A stretch of DNA of 61,599 nucleotides, counting the filler, from Squatina squatina (taxonomy: Eukaryota): NCBI GenBank assembly GCA_031763465.1. It is 3 parts of 3 records of this genome, joined end to end, with 100 filler letters (N's around TTAATTAATTAA, not from the genome) between each part and the next. Parts side by side here need not be neighbours in the genome. Positions count along the whole stretch, not along the records: positions 1 to 29,303 come from JARFOE010000168.1; 2 more parts are not named here. One strand, written 5' to 3'. Below the pieces are notes generated by a model. That model did not search any database. It was given only the letters and a program-made list of their open reading frames with translations, and was not told the DNA's origin. The translations under genes were made by a program, and so were the position numbers. Shown in pieces: positions 1 to 12,390 of the stretch. Position 1 is the first letter of the stretch; each line of letters opens with the position of its first letter.

Positions 1-315
1 TCTTAGCAGTCTGTTCAGCCATCTGAAGATGGGTGGGGAAGGCAACAAACCTGATCATTTAACCAATATCCACATGTGCACTTTCAGCAAGGTTTCCTCG
101 ATAATGATCGAAAAGGGAACCCTGCGTAACCTTTTACATCTCTTTGTCCAGAGGTACCAAGACAGTCGTATCTTCCCTGCTGGCTTGCATCAGGGTTGAA
201 ACTGGAGTCTTCCTACGTAGCTCTATACTGCAGCTGTTGGAGAGCTTGCCTTGTGGGCCGTTGTGAAAGCTGAAATACTGGAGGTTTGTATTAAATAAAA
301 GTGTTGTTTTTCAAG

Positions 316-463
316 GTCTTCAAGGGATCGATCTCCGAGGGAAAAATCAAGGGATAAGGATCGAAAGGAAAAGAGTTCTTCAGAAAGGAAGCATGAGAGC
401 ACAAATGGGAAGTCAGAATTAAATGCAGCAAGTCCAGAAGAAAGGGAGGCTGGTGAAATCTGA
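316..463 (+). CDS. LUC7L2: Terminal coding exon of a LUC7-like RS-domain splicing factor (LUC7L2/LUC7L family)
   Basis: Acceptor tttttcaag|g at 315/316; reads (R)SSRDRSPREKSRDKDRKEKSSSERKHESTNGKSELNAASPEEREAGEI* with TGA at 461-463. The RSSRDRSPR and EEREAGEI* motifs match the LUC7L2 C-terminus (LUC7L ends EEKEAGEI). Paralog assignment is not certain. Confidence 0.8.
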
Positions 464-700
464 AGTATTGACTGAACCAAAATAGTTAATGTAAAACTGT
501 AAATCTGAAAACATTCTTACAGCCCTCTTTGAATTTTCCCATGTTTATATGATTTCTGCCATTTAAAGCTTCATTTTGGCAGAGAAAATATCAGATTTTG
601 GTAGCTGTAGATATGCACTTGTTTTCCAGTAGCGTTGAGTTTTCTTCTGATGCAGTTTATTTATAAAAATTAAAATAAGTGAGTACATATGTTTTTTTTT

Positions 701-706
701 AATAAA
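701..706 (+). promoter_or_regulatory. Candidate polyadenylation signal for the LUC7-like gene
   Basis: AATAAA about 240 nt after the stop codon, in an AT/U-rich 3'UTR-like stretch. Confidence 0.35.
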
Positions 707-1103
707 GCTCTTTTGAACTAGCATGGAACAAAACAACTTTAAGCTTTTCTAAGTAAGTACCTGTCTAGTGAGTTAGCGATTTGGTCTCCACTCTCTTAAC
801 AACAAAATAAATTCATGTCTGCCTAACGGGATGTGTGAGTTTTGTAACTGGGTCGTTGGGACGGTAGGAGGCAGTGTGGGATGTGGGGAGGCAGTGAGCG
901 TGAGAATGAAGCAGACATACCTGGCAGGGGAGAGACCATGATCNNNNNNNNNNNNNNNNNNNNNNNNNNNNNNNNNNNNNNNNNNNNNNNNNNNNNNNNN
1001 NNNNNNNNNNNNNNNNNNNNNNNNNNNNNNNNNNNNNNNNNNNAATATTACCCCTACTACTTTTTTAAAAACACAGAAAATAACTGTGAGGACGGATAGA
1101 TAC

Positions 1104-1226
1104 CTGCGCCAATGACCTGTTCAATCTTCACACTGGATATGTCAATCTCTTTGGCAAATTCTCTCACCGCCTCATTGGGATCTTCATAGGTGAACGGATC
1201 GATATAAATCTTCATACCAGGTGTCA
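1104..1226 (-). CDS. EPHB2: Ephrin type-B receptor 2, juxtamembrane/kinase-start exon (123 bp)
   Basis: ttgcag|...|gtat boundaries; [40 protein letters not shown](G) contains the two juxtamembrane tyrosines and the start of the GxGxxG loop. Confidence 0.95.
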
Positions 1227-4200
1227 CTGCAAAAAGAAAATTGATCTGTAAGAATACTGCTCCAAGGTGAACCAAAAGATATTACAGCTGCCAGGAACTC
1301 TGCTGTGCGAGTATTCAGAGGAGTTTTATTGATTGAAAATCAGCTGTGGCTCAAATACATTTAACACCAGAACTGTTACAAAACAAATTAATAAACCTAC
1401 AGACCCAAAATATCCACTCAAAATGTGAGGTCACATTTCAACTCTCGAAAGGGCAGTGTGTATCATAACAGATGTACTGGCATTGCTTAGATTTTAAAGT
1501 CTGAATGGGAGTTGGAAGTAGAATACATCACGCAGTACAGTATAGTCTGTCCTTATCATTATGAGTTTAATTAAAAGGAAGCTGTAACCAAAGATTTCAA
1601 TGAGATTCTGAAGCCATGGTGCTTTCCCTGATATCTCTGGGCATCAATCCATAGGCCCAAGGTCAGATTCCCCACGCACACCAATGGCACCCAACTCTCC
1701 CTCTCCATCGCCAGGCTCACCCCTTTGTGCTGTCAGACTGCTTGTTCAACAGCCAGTCTTCACGGAACCTTAGCCAGCTCAACATTGCGAAAGCCTGGAA
1801 GAATAACGGTGAGGCTATCAGCTTCACCGTTCTTATGGAGTAAATCACACCGCAACTTCCGGCATCTGCACTTACCCACTAAACACGCCAGAATAAGTTG
1901 GGGCTTATCCATTCAAGTGTAAGTGAATTTTTTATCAGTGTGGTAAGTTTAGCTGAAAATTTATTGTTATAAGTTTTATAAATCCTTCAGATTTTAATTA
2001 CTGTTGAAGATTTAAAAAAATTAAAAATTAAAATATTGGTCCGGATGTTGCGGTCAGTATGGGGACGTACTCTCAGAGAGTGCAGCCGTACCACCTTTGA
2101 AATCCACCGGAAGTTCGGAATTTCTGCATTTGCTTGCACATGTGCTAAATCCTGAACTTGTGGCCATCTGCAAGGCCCATGTAAAAGCAATTGCCGGTGC
2201 AGAATTGGGCTATTTGCCCAGCAACTGCCAAGCAATTACTTACGGAAATGTTACAGGTGCAGGGCCTGTTTGCATCAGTGTAAGGGGATACCTCAGGTAT
2301 GATTTAAACATTTTCATCTCGAAAATGATAAAGTTTAACTGTCGCAAATGAGTTTTCCTTGTTCATGCAAAAATTTGAGTTTCAATGATGTCGATAAAAT
2401 TATCAGCAATATCCAATTTTTAGTGAAGTTGGTGGAATTAAGCTAATTAAGAATTAAATTCCAATCCTCTAAATTGTAATTAAATTTGATTACGGGATTC
2501 CCTTCTGAAATATGAAAAGTCTGATTCTGTTTGCTGATTGGAGGACCAGGCCCACGTGATCCCAGGTATGCTTCCGTACAGGCTGCTGGGGCAGGACTTG
2601 CGCGTCTGGCACTGGAAGTCCTGCCTCGCCTCGGTTATTGCCCCTCCCGCCAACCGAATTTCGGCTCTTGCGTGCCTCAGTCAGGATTCTTCTATCTGAT
2701 TGGTTGAAGAACCTCGCTGTTGCTTGTCCTGTTCACACACGCCACAGATCCCCTGTAGAGGGCGGCGCACTGCTTTGATTGTCCCCTTATCCTAAGTCGC
2801 AGAGTAAAAGCCCACAATGTAAGCATAATGAATTGTGAGCGCTGATCGCAAAATCCGGGCCATTATCTATGACCCCATTCTGTTGCCTCTCTTTACAACC
2901 TCAGTATCCAGTTTAACCAAGTTGAGCTTCAGACCGCAGAATCTCTCTATCCACAAAGACCATTTCTTTCCAGAAGTTTAGTAGCATTGCAAAGCTGGTC
3001 TGAGGTTTGGCTGTACTGTGATGGGTTTACCATCGTAGGGGAATGGATTTTGCCAAAATGGTGGTGGGCTCCTTGGGTTATATCAGAGCCGGGATTGGAA
3101 ACTTTGGGTTTGGCAGCACTGTAATTGGTCCGCAATTGATTGCCACGGGGAAATCTGCAGTAGAGTTACCGCTGCATTACCGTGGGCACCAGTTCCACTG
3201 GAATTTAGTCCTGGCATGCACTACNNNNNNNNNNNNNNNNNNNNNNNNNNNNNNNNNNNNNNNNNNNNNNNNNNNNNNNNNNNNNNNNNNNNNNNNNNNN
3301 NNNNNNNNNNNNNNNNNNNNNNNNTGTTGAACTCACTGGCCTGTAGCCATTTATTTTACCCTTTCTTCTTTTTTGAATAATGGTATAACATTCACTACCT
3401 ACCGATTCTGTGGTATGATTTGCTGCTTCATTAGATTATACCTAATGCATCAGCAATTTCCTCACTAATTTCTTCCATCCTCAGGTGAAAACATCTGGGA
3501 CTGTCTTCAATTCCACTAGTTTGTCGGTTTCAATTTGTCTCCTGCAAGTTCCTCTCCTCCACTAACTTCTCATCTTCCCTGTATCTGTGGTGTTGCACTC
3601 TCTTCGTTAACTGGATGGTTTAATGGAGTTTCCATGTCCATATGCTCTGCTCATGTCATACCAAAAACCTTTCCTTTTAAAGCTCAGATCTGGCCTTCAA
3701 AATTACTTCCTATAAAGTTTGGTCTTTTTAATTACTGAATGTTAATTCTAAGATCTGTTTTCCAATTCTAGTAGTATAAGCAGTACTGTTACATTGAGAC
3801 TGGAATGACACCAGTGAAAATACTGGCAAAATAAAGCAATGTTGGGTAGGAGTAGGGAAGGAAGGGAGAGGGAGAAACGTATATGTGGCACCTGGCATTG
3901 GTGTTAAATACCATGAACAGTAAACGCTGGATCAATGGCTGCACCTACTGGGAGTATCCATTGGTAAACAAATTAAAGTATTTGATTGGTAGCAATGACA
4001 AGGGAGAGACAGTGGAAAACAAAGAGCTGGGAGTTGGGAGCTTAGACCTGGGAGCCTGGAAAGATGGACCTTGCAGCCGGAAGCTTGAACCTTGTTGGAA
4101 CTGGAAACCTTGATCTTGGAGCTGGGAGTCTGGACAGAAGATAGGTGACCTGTAGGAGTTAGTGTTGGGTAGAAAGGAGATAGTTAGGTCCTGTAGTCTC

Positions 4201-4963
4201 ACAAAGACCTCTCTCAAGGGATGAAAATTAGGATTCAGGACATTTAAACAGTAACAAAGGAAAAGGTTAGTTTTTAAGGCACATTTCTGGCTCTGTGTTT
4301 TATGTGCTTGGGTTAGGAACGTAGGAATATAGGATCAGGAGGAGGCCATTCAGCCACTCGAGCCTGTTCCGCCATTCAATTAGATAATGGCTGATCTGTA
4401 TCTTAACTCCCAGGTTGGTTAACCTCTGGTGGAACCGACTGAGCTACACACATTGACTATTCATGCATATCAAACAATTCTAGAGCTTTATGTATAAAAA
4501 GAGTGGTGATATTTGTGGAACAATGTTACATTCAGAGACTGGTTAGAACTCCTTGAGTTGTATCAAGGATTCTACATTGCCTGGGCAGAAATGCATTGCA
4601 TGGTGCACATATCCTGAGGCTGCAGCACTGTGGCTGCACTGAAGCAGAATTGCACAGCCCTGCAGAGCAGTGGAGCAAGAAAAACGCTGTGGGCGTGTGC
4701 AAGCTCTCATTCATTCTTTGGTGTCCCACCATGTAGAGAGACAGAGACAACAACATCTCACCAGTTCCTAAACGAAGCAAGCAATAAACTAGCCATTCAA
4801 TCATTAGTGCTTCATTGAGAGCTCATCCGTAAAAGCATTGCTAGATTTCAAAGGAATTCTTAATTGAAGGAAGCACATTATACTATCCACAGGAATAAAC
4901 TGCGCAAGGGGTCATGCAACAAAAGGAATCATTGTTTGGAAGGTTATGAAAGTTTTGCGTTAC

Positions 4964-5072
4964 CTGTTGCAAACGATGAGAATGACAACAACAGCAATAA
5001 TGAAGACCAGGCCAGCAGCGGCCGATCCGATAATGAGCGGAAGCTTCTCCTGTAGACTGGTCTGGTATTCAG
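4964..5072 (-). CDS. EPHB2: EPHB2 transmembrane exon (109 bp)
   Basis: Absent from the ORF track; read manually between cctag| and |gtaac as (A)EYQTSLQEKLPLIIGSAAAGLVFIIAVVVILIVCN(R), the EPHB2 TM segment. Confidence 0.95.
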
Positions 5073-6128
5073 CTAGGTAAAAAAACACAGGCAGTAAATG
5101 GGGTATCCATGGCAGGTCTAGGCCAGAGTTACTGCAGTTCCCTCCCTTAATTCCTTCAGGAGCCTCGGATGCAGTTCAACCGACTCCTGAGGCTTATTCA
5201 CCTTACATTAGCACAGCTGTTTGGCATCATGTTGGCAGTAATGTGAATCGAGTCACAGCTTAGAGAGAAAGAGCTCGCACATCTACAACCTTTCACAACC
5301 TCAGAACCCAAAGCGCTTTAAGGCCAATGAAGTACTTTTTGAAGAGCAGTCACTGTTGCAATGTAGGAAACACAGCAGCCAATTTGCACACTGCAAGATC
5401 CCACAAACAACAGAAATAAATGACCTGTTTTAGGTCAATCATAAAATAATGTGGAAATCTGAAATAAAAACACAAAGTGCTCAAATAACTCGGCAGGTCA
5501 GAGAGCATCTGTGGAGAGAGAAAGAGAGTTATCGGGAGGCTATTAACCTAGTGGAGGGCATGGGTTTGGGTGCGGGTGGGGGATAAAACCAGCAAAAGTG
5601 CCAGCGTGTTGAGAAGCCGGCACCAATCCGCCGAAATCCGTGTTTAACTCGAGTGCGCTAGGCTGCCTTTGTGCAACTTGCTTGGGAGAGGCGGGTTGTC
5701 CATTGACATATGCTAATCACTCAATTAGAGCAGTATTTCAACAGTTTCAAATTTAACAGCACATCCACGGGTTGCTGAGTCTTCCAGAAAGTCGCCAGTG
5801 AAAGCATGGCTGCAGCACAGCAGCAACTGAGGGGCTCAGTCAATTTCATGGAATACTGCAGTAAATACACAGCACTCACAGCTTCTTTCTTACCTGTTCG
5901 TGGGAAAGTGTTTTNNNNNNNNNNNNNNNNNNNNNNNNNNNNNNNNNNNNNNNNNNNNNNNNNNNNNNNNNNNNNNNNNNNNNNNNNNNNNNNNNNNNNN
6001 NNNNNNNNNNNNNNCTTTGGGAGTATTTCCTCTGCTCATACCCCAATAGTCACACTTCCAGGAATTCCCATCACCCACACACACAAACAATGCCAGCTAG
6101 AAGGGCAAGAAAATATCGAGTTCCTTAC

Positions 6129-6464
6129 CAGCTTGATTGGTGGTAATATTGACAGACGCAAAGTGGGGTGAGTAAAGACTCTGATCAGACACTCCGTTCA
6201 CAGCCTGGATCTCGAAGGTGTACTGTGTGTGTGCCAGCAGATCGCTGATGTATACGCGAGGCTCAGTCAAGCCCAACTGACGTGGGACAAACTGCACGTT
6301 ATCCCCGCATCGAGTGCAGACCCCACGGCCCGAATTGCAGCTCTTACAGATCACATTGTAAACTACGTCTTCCCGGCCTCCCGTATCGCGAGGAGCGGTC
6401 CATTCCAAGTTCAGGGACGTTTCATTTACACTGGAGATAACAGTCTGCGGAGCGGAGGGTGTCG
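6129..6464 (-). CDS. EPHB2: EPHB2 first fibronectin type III exon (336 bp)
   Basis: ttctccag|...|gtaagg; TPSAPQTVISSVNETSLNLEWTAPRDTGGREDVVYNVICKSC...YTFEIQAVNGVSDQSLYSPHFASVNITTNQA. Confidence 0.96.
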
Positions 6465-8262
6465 CTGGAGAAAAATAAAACACAAAGTCAAACCATCAGT
6501 GCCACTAATAACAGAACACATGCCCATTGCTGGAAATTCAACTTTCAATCTTTTATTATTTAGCACATTTTTCCACTTTTATTGNNNNNNNNNNNNNNNN
6601 NNNNNNNNNNNNNNNNNNNNNNNNNNNNNNNNNNNNNNNNNNNNNNNNNNNNNNNNNNNNNNNNNNNNNNNNNNNNNNNNNNNNGAAGAGGATGATCTGT
6701 CAAGAGAAATCTGGACAGATCGCAAGTTCCGGATCTGTGGGCATGCGCAGTGCAGCCTGAGATTCGGAACTTGCGAGATCCCCCCTGGGTGCGTGCGAAC
6801 ATGGTGCCCACACGGGGGGACCCAGAGGGATCGCAAATTCAGCTCCAATCAGTTTGAGATAATCATGACGAGGGGAGGGGAGGGGATGGGTCGGATAGGG
6901 TCGGTGCAAACTTGCCTTTTCCCATTTAGGGTTTTAAAGTGAATAAAATCCCGGCCCGCTGTCCTGGTGGCAGTTTCAAGCCACCCCCCAACTTTCAAAA
7001 TCACAGGACGCACGCTCGGCTTGGAAGAGGCTGAAAGTTGCTCAATATGACGCCACGTCATTAAACTGAAACATGGACCTGAGCAGGCAGGAGAAACTTT
7101 AAAGCAAAATCATGGCATTTTACAGTTGACTCGTGAGATCGCAGCTTGGCCCAATTTTTTAAAAATTAAAAATCGCTTGTCTCGCGATTAATTCATGAGA
7201 GTTGGCACTACTGAGAAAATCTGCTCATATTTTTCCTGTACATTACTGGGAACTGCACAACATGCTAGCGAGGGATTATTCAGAGCGTATGGGGTGCAAA
7301 ATAGCTGTGAGAGTGAGACAGAAACAGTTTTGAAACAAAGTACATTCACAAGAAGACTCAGAACAAGTAAGATTTGGAAAGTTATCTTCGGCAGCATTCA
7401 GGAGTGAAATGGTCTTTAGCCTAAGCAGAGCAAGAAACGTCATTGTGAGTACCAGATTATTATAAAATGTGCACGCTGCCACGCTCAGCTCATCACTTCC
7501 ACTTTCTGCTTGGGGTAAGCAGACAGCTTTCAACTTGGGGGAATTCCTGAATAGTGAAAGAATTAAGGGTTGAATTGATGTTAATGCTTTGTGTTTTCGA
7601 GTCCAGTGAATACAGAAGTAATGCAGCATGAGTGGAATTGTCAGTGTATTTGCAGCCAAGCCTGGAGTGGAACAGTTCCTTTAAGGTGGTCAGGGACCAT
7701 GCCACCTAGAGAGAGCTGGGAAATGTTCACAAGTTCAAAGCAGATCAATGCAAGTTCAGATGCAAGCGCGCACACATATCACAGTGTTCTCTGTTCACTG
7801 CTGCGTCTCTCGCCACACAAAAGCACTCACTAATCCCACTAAAGCCCTCTCCAAGCAGAACCAGACCCGCCTCTAGGTACTCTGAGGCTGCCAAATTACC
7901 CCTTTGTCAAAAGCCACAATAAAGAGAGCTCTGCACCTGAAGCTTCCATTCATCGGCCTCATTCTCAAATAGCACCAAATCCCAGTCGCTTTTCTGCTGA
8001 TTTTAATTAACGTGAAGTGAAACATGAAAAGTCCAGAAGAGTGAGTCAGGCCTCCATTGTCGTGAACAGTGCGGCCTGGGGGCGAGGCTAGAATGACAGA
8101 GTCCAATCTGCTCCCCGCCTTTCTATTGTGCTGTGAACTCCTTGAAGCTCATGTCAACGATTNNNNNNNNNNNNNNNNNNNNNNNNNNNNNNNNNNNNNN
8201 NNNNNNNNNNNNNNNNNNNNNNNNNNNNNNNNNNNNNNNNNNNNNNNNNNNNNNNNNNNNNN

Positions 8263-8887
8263 GCAAAGGACGACCAAAAAATTGATAAAGAGGGAGAAAA
8301 TAGAATGAGGGTAAATTAGCAAGAAATATAGAAAGATTGTAAGAGCTCCTACAAGTACGAAAAAAGGAAGAGAGTAGTGGAAGTAAACATGGGTCCCTTA
8401 GAGGCAGAGACAGGAGAAATTATCGTGGTGATATGGAAATAGCAGTGATTTTAAACCAAGATTTTGTATCGGTCTTCACAGTAGAAGACACAAAAAAGTA
8501 CCAGAAATAGTGGGAACCAAGGGGCTAATGAGAGTGAGGAACTTAAAAGTAATTGATATTAGTAAAGAAAATGTGCTGGAGAAATTAATGGGACTATAAG
8601 CCGACAAATCCCCTGGACCTGATGGCCTCCATCCTAGGGTTCTAAAAGAGATGGCTGCAGAGGTAGTGGATGCATTGGCTGTATTCTTCCAAAATTCCCT
8701 CAATTCTGGAATGGTCCCAGTGGATTAGAAGGTAGCGAATGTAACACTGCTATTCAAGAGAGGAAGGAGAGAAAACAGGGAACTACAGGCCAGTTAGCCT
8801 GACATCAGTCATCAGGAAAAAGTTAGAGTCCATTATTAAGGAAGTTGTAACAGGGCATTTAAAAAATCATACTATGATTAGGCAGAA
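8263..8887 (+). mobile_element. CR1-clade LINE ORF2 fragment (start of reverse transcriptase), degenerate
   Basis: Translates to KSPGPDGLHPRVLKEMAAEVVDALAVFFQNSLNSGMVPVD*KVANVTLLFK...GNYRPVSLTSV, the canonical CR1 RT N-terminal motifs, with stops and frameshifts. Confidence 0.9.
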
Positions 8888-9380
8888 NNNNNNNNNNNNN
8901 NNNNNNNNNNNNNNNNNNNNNNNNNNNNNNNNNNNNNNNNNNNNNNNNNNNNNNNNNNNNNNNNNNNNNNNNNNNNNNNNNNNNNNNCATATATACATCG
9001 TATGTGCACAATGTATGCACAGTACATATGGAGATGTACCTGCCCACTATCCTACTTCCTCCCCACAATGGCATGTCTGGTATTGACAACCTAATTGGGT
9101 ACCTTTCTATAACAGCCCAATGAGTGGCATCCAGCACTGCAGCTCTGACCCACTCCCAGTTCGATTGGCTTCCTTGTTGAGTATGATGACAGTTGCTGTC
9201 AAAACAGAACAGCAGTCAAAGCACCCTTTCCCATCAGATCATACAACGCCGTGAATTAAATGGCAAAACACCAAAAGGTAAAGCTTGCCAATGGAAGGCC
9301 TGTTGCAGCACAGTTAACGTTCACTTGCATCCCCGGGGTTAGAGGGGAAGGGGACATGTGGAAATGCGCAGGGCACTCAC

Positions 9381-10062
9381 CTTTGCATGCCATAGCCTTT
9401 TCCGGCTCGTACCCGGCCTTGCAGGTACAGCTCCCTATGGGCACCATCCACTCTCCGTCACCATTACAGTACAGTTTGATGGGCACATCCACCTCCTCAG
9501 CATTCGGGACACAGCTCCCCCGAGCCACCACCAGGGACGTGCTCTCTGCTCCGGACAGCGTTTGCTGGAATATCGCCCCATTCCGGATCACCCGTGGGCA
9601 CTTTCGGTAGAAGACCCTGACTGCGATCAGAGACATGCATCCGCCATAATCCTGAAATGCCAGGTAAAAGCCATTCTTGGACACTGGCCCAAAGCTACGG
9701 ACTTCCGTGTTTATTTTCATCACCCTGCCTCCCAGATCCACCTGCGAAAAGCTTTCATCTGCTGCAATGGTATCCACTTTCATCCAGGGATTCTCCATCC
9801 AGTATGGAGTTGCCTTTGTAGCTGAATCTGTTTCAGATTCATAATAGTAGAGATTAAAGGTCTCCTTACAAGAGCCAGGGACATTGGGAATGCTACTACA
9901 GTCCCGCACGGAAAACTTCATCTCCACATGGATACGTTGGGCCCCTTTGCGTTTGATGTATTTGGTGCGAAGCCAGTTGTTCTGACTGGCTTCAAACACA
10001 TTGCAGACCTGGTACGTCCTTATGGTGTTCATAGTCTCGTCGTATCCACTGACTTCTTCCCA
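9381..10062 (-). CDS. EPHB2: EPHB2 ligand-binding domain plus start of cysteine-rich region (large exon, 682 bp)
   Basis: ttgcag|TGG...|gtgagt; [36 protein letters not shown]...[33 protein letters not shown]...[21 protein letters not shown]. Confidence 0.97.
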
Positions 10063-10181
10063 CTGCAACAGAAAGTGTAAANNNNNNNNNNNNNNNNNNN
10101 NNNNNNNNNNNNNNNNNNNNNNNNNNNNNNNNNNNNNNNNNNNNNNNNNNNNNNNNNNNNNNNNNNNNNNNNNNNNNNNNN

Positions 10182-11132
10182 CTCGTTTATTACAGTGTAA
10201 CACTCTCTCTAATCCTTCATGTGTTACAGTGTAACACTCTCTAATCCCTCGTATGTTACAGTGTAACACTCTCTATAATCTCTCATGCATTACAGTGTAT
10301 CACTCTCTCTAATCTCTCATGTATTCCAGTGTCACACTCTCTAATCCCTCGTGTATTAGAGTGTAACACTCTCTCCAATCTCTCGTGTGTTACAGTGTAA
10401 CACTCTCTCTAATCTCTGATGTAGTACAATGCAGCACTCTCTCTAATCCCTCAGGTATTACAGTGTATCACTCTCTCTAATCTCTCATGTACTACAGTGT
10501 AACCCTCTCTAATCTATTGCGTATTACAGTGTAACACTCTCTCTAATCCCTCATGCATTACAGTGTAACACTCTCTCTAATCTCTCATGCGTTACAGTGT
10601 AACACTCTCTCTAATCTCTCATGTATTCCAGTGTAATACTCTCTAATCCCTCATGTATTAGTGTGTAACACTCCCTCCAATCTCTCATGGATTACAGTGT
10701 AACTCTCTCTAATCTCTTGTGTGTTACAGTGTAACACTCTCTCTAATCTCTTGTGTATAACAGTGTAACACTCTCTCTAATCCCTCACGTATTACAGTGT
10801 AACCCTCTCTAATCTATCGTGTATTACAGCGAAACATTCTCTCTAATCCCTCGTTTATTACAGTGTAACACTCTCTCTAATCTCTCATATATTACAGTGT
10901 AAAACACTCTCTCTAATCCCCCATTTATTACAGTGTATCACTCTCTCTAATCTCTCATGCATTACAGTGTAACACTCTCTCTAATCCTTCGTTTATTACA
11001 TTGTAACACTCCCTAATCCCTCATATATTGCAGTCTAACACTCTCTCTAATCCCTCATGTATTACAGTGTAACACTCTCTCTAATTCCTCATGTATTACA
11101 GTGTATCACTCTCCCTAATCCCTCATGTATTA
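10182..11132. repeat. 34-bp (occasionally 32-bp) tandem minisatellite, about 28 copies, cut by gaps at both ends
   Basis: Unit TTACAGTGTAACACTCTCTCTAATC(C/T)CTCATGTA; successive starts at 10524, 10558 and 10592. Confidence 0.95.
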
Positions 11133-11232
11133 NNNNNNNNNNNNNNNNNNNNNNNNNNNNNNNNNNNNNNNNNNNNNNNNNNNNNNNNNNNNNNNNNNNN
11201 NNNNNNNNNNNNNNNNNNNNNNNNNNNNNNNN

Positions 11233-11415
11233 CAATCACCTTAAATCTGTGTCTTCTGGTTCTCGACCCTTCCGCCAATGGGAACAGTTTCTCTCGATCT
11301 ACTGTCCAGACTCCTCATGATTTTGAACACCTCGATCAGATCTCCTCTCAACCTTCTCTGCTCCAAGGAAAACAACCCCAGCTTCTCCAGTCTCTCCCCG
11401 TCACTGAAGCCCCTC
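11233..11415 (-). mobile_element. CR1-clade LINE 3' fragment
   Basis: Reverse strand encodes ERLEKLGLFSLEQRRLRGDLIEVFKIM..., the CR1 ORF2 C-terminus. Confidence 0.85.
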
Positions 11416-12277
11416 ATGTCCCTTGTAAAGTGCTTTGAATTGTTTGTTTATTACTTGTGCTATATCAATGCAAGTTGTAATTTTAGCTAAAGAAACATAA
11501 GGCCTGTTATATAATGCATGTGTGTTTGACAGTGTTCTGAAGTCTGGATGGCTGTTTTTTGCTTGTTAGGATTGGGAAGCATGTCGCTAGTTACAGGATC
11601 AATATCAGAGGTCCAAGAGCAAATTCAACCCTTATCTGAAAATATTGGAAATACATTTATTCGAACCATCCCAGATACACAGTGATCTCAGCCCCAGGAA
11701 CGCCTATCTTTGCAGCTCTGGCAGTCTGTGCACACGCACGGCTGACTAAACCGAGAGAATCTACAACAAACACATGGAAATCACATAAACCTCTATACCC
11801 ACATGGACCACTTAATAGGGCACAAGGGGAATCTACTCCGCCACAAACTGCTGCACTGAGCGAGCCCAAGTGTTTACATGTAAACAGACTGGTGAGCTGG
11901 AGCTAGAGAGAATCCTGGGCGTTTAAAGTTTATAGGAAATAACTAACCAGAGTTTACCAAAATAGTTATTAATCTCTGTCTCAGCTGCAGTAAACAACAC
12001 CCTGTAATGTGCAGTCTGTTACAGAACTATAATTATACCAATAATGAAATACATTAGGTGCTGTGCAAAATGCTGATTGCTGGAGTAAATCGGAGGTTTG
12101 ATAAGTGAGCTGCAGTTACATAATAGCTTTATAAATAATCGATGTGCGTAGTAGTGATCTGTTCCACACCTATTCTTTCAGCAGAATGTAGACACATCAG
12201 CATTTTAACAGTTAATGCAGGCACAGTATTGAGCTTATTACTGTGCTACAAACCGGGACAAGTTCTCAATAAAACAT

Positions 12278-12390
12278 TTTGGAAGGATAGGCAGAAAGGA
12301 AAAGGAGGTGGGGTAGCTCTGTTAAAGGATGAAATCAGTACAATAGATGAAATCAGTACAGAGAAATGATCTTTGCATAGAGGGTTAAGA
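12278..12390 (+). mobile_element. CR1-clade LINE endonuclease fragment
   Basis: KDRQKGKGGGVALL, the AP-endonuclease R-x-D-R...GGGVA motif. Confidence 0.6.

Noticed and set aside
1660-2860. CpG-rich patches suggesting promoters (also about 5560-5900, 6690-7190, 27720-28200, 47930-48300)
   Set aside because: They lie in introns or intergenic contigs with no first exon and look like decayed non-autonomous DNA transposons; the family cannot be assigned by eye.
9260-9825. Plus-strand ORFs overlapping real exons (also 6229-6942, 19881-20227, 22635-22928, 47111-47544)
   Set aside because: Antisense shadows of EPHB2, C1Q and CACNB1 coding exons.
10182-11132. CRISPR-like array of palindromic ~34-bp repeats
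   Set aside because: Units are contiguous with no unique spacers, there are no cas genes, and the context is a vertebrate intron; it is a minisatellite.
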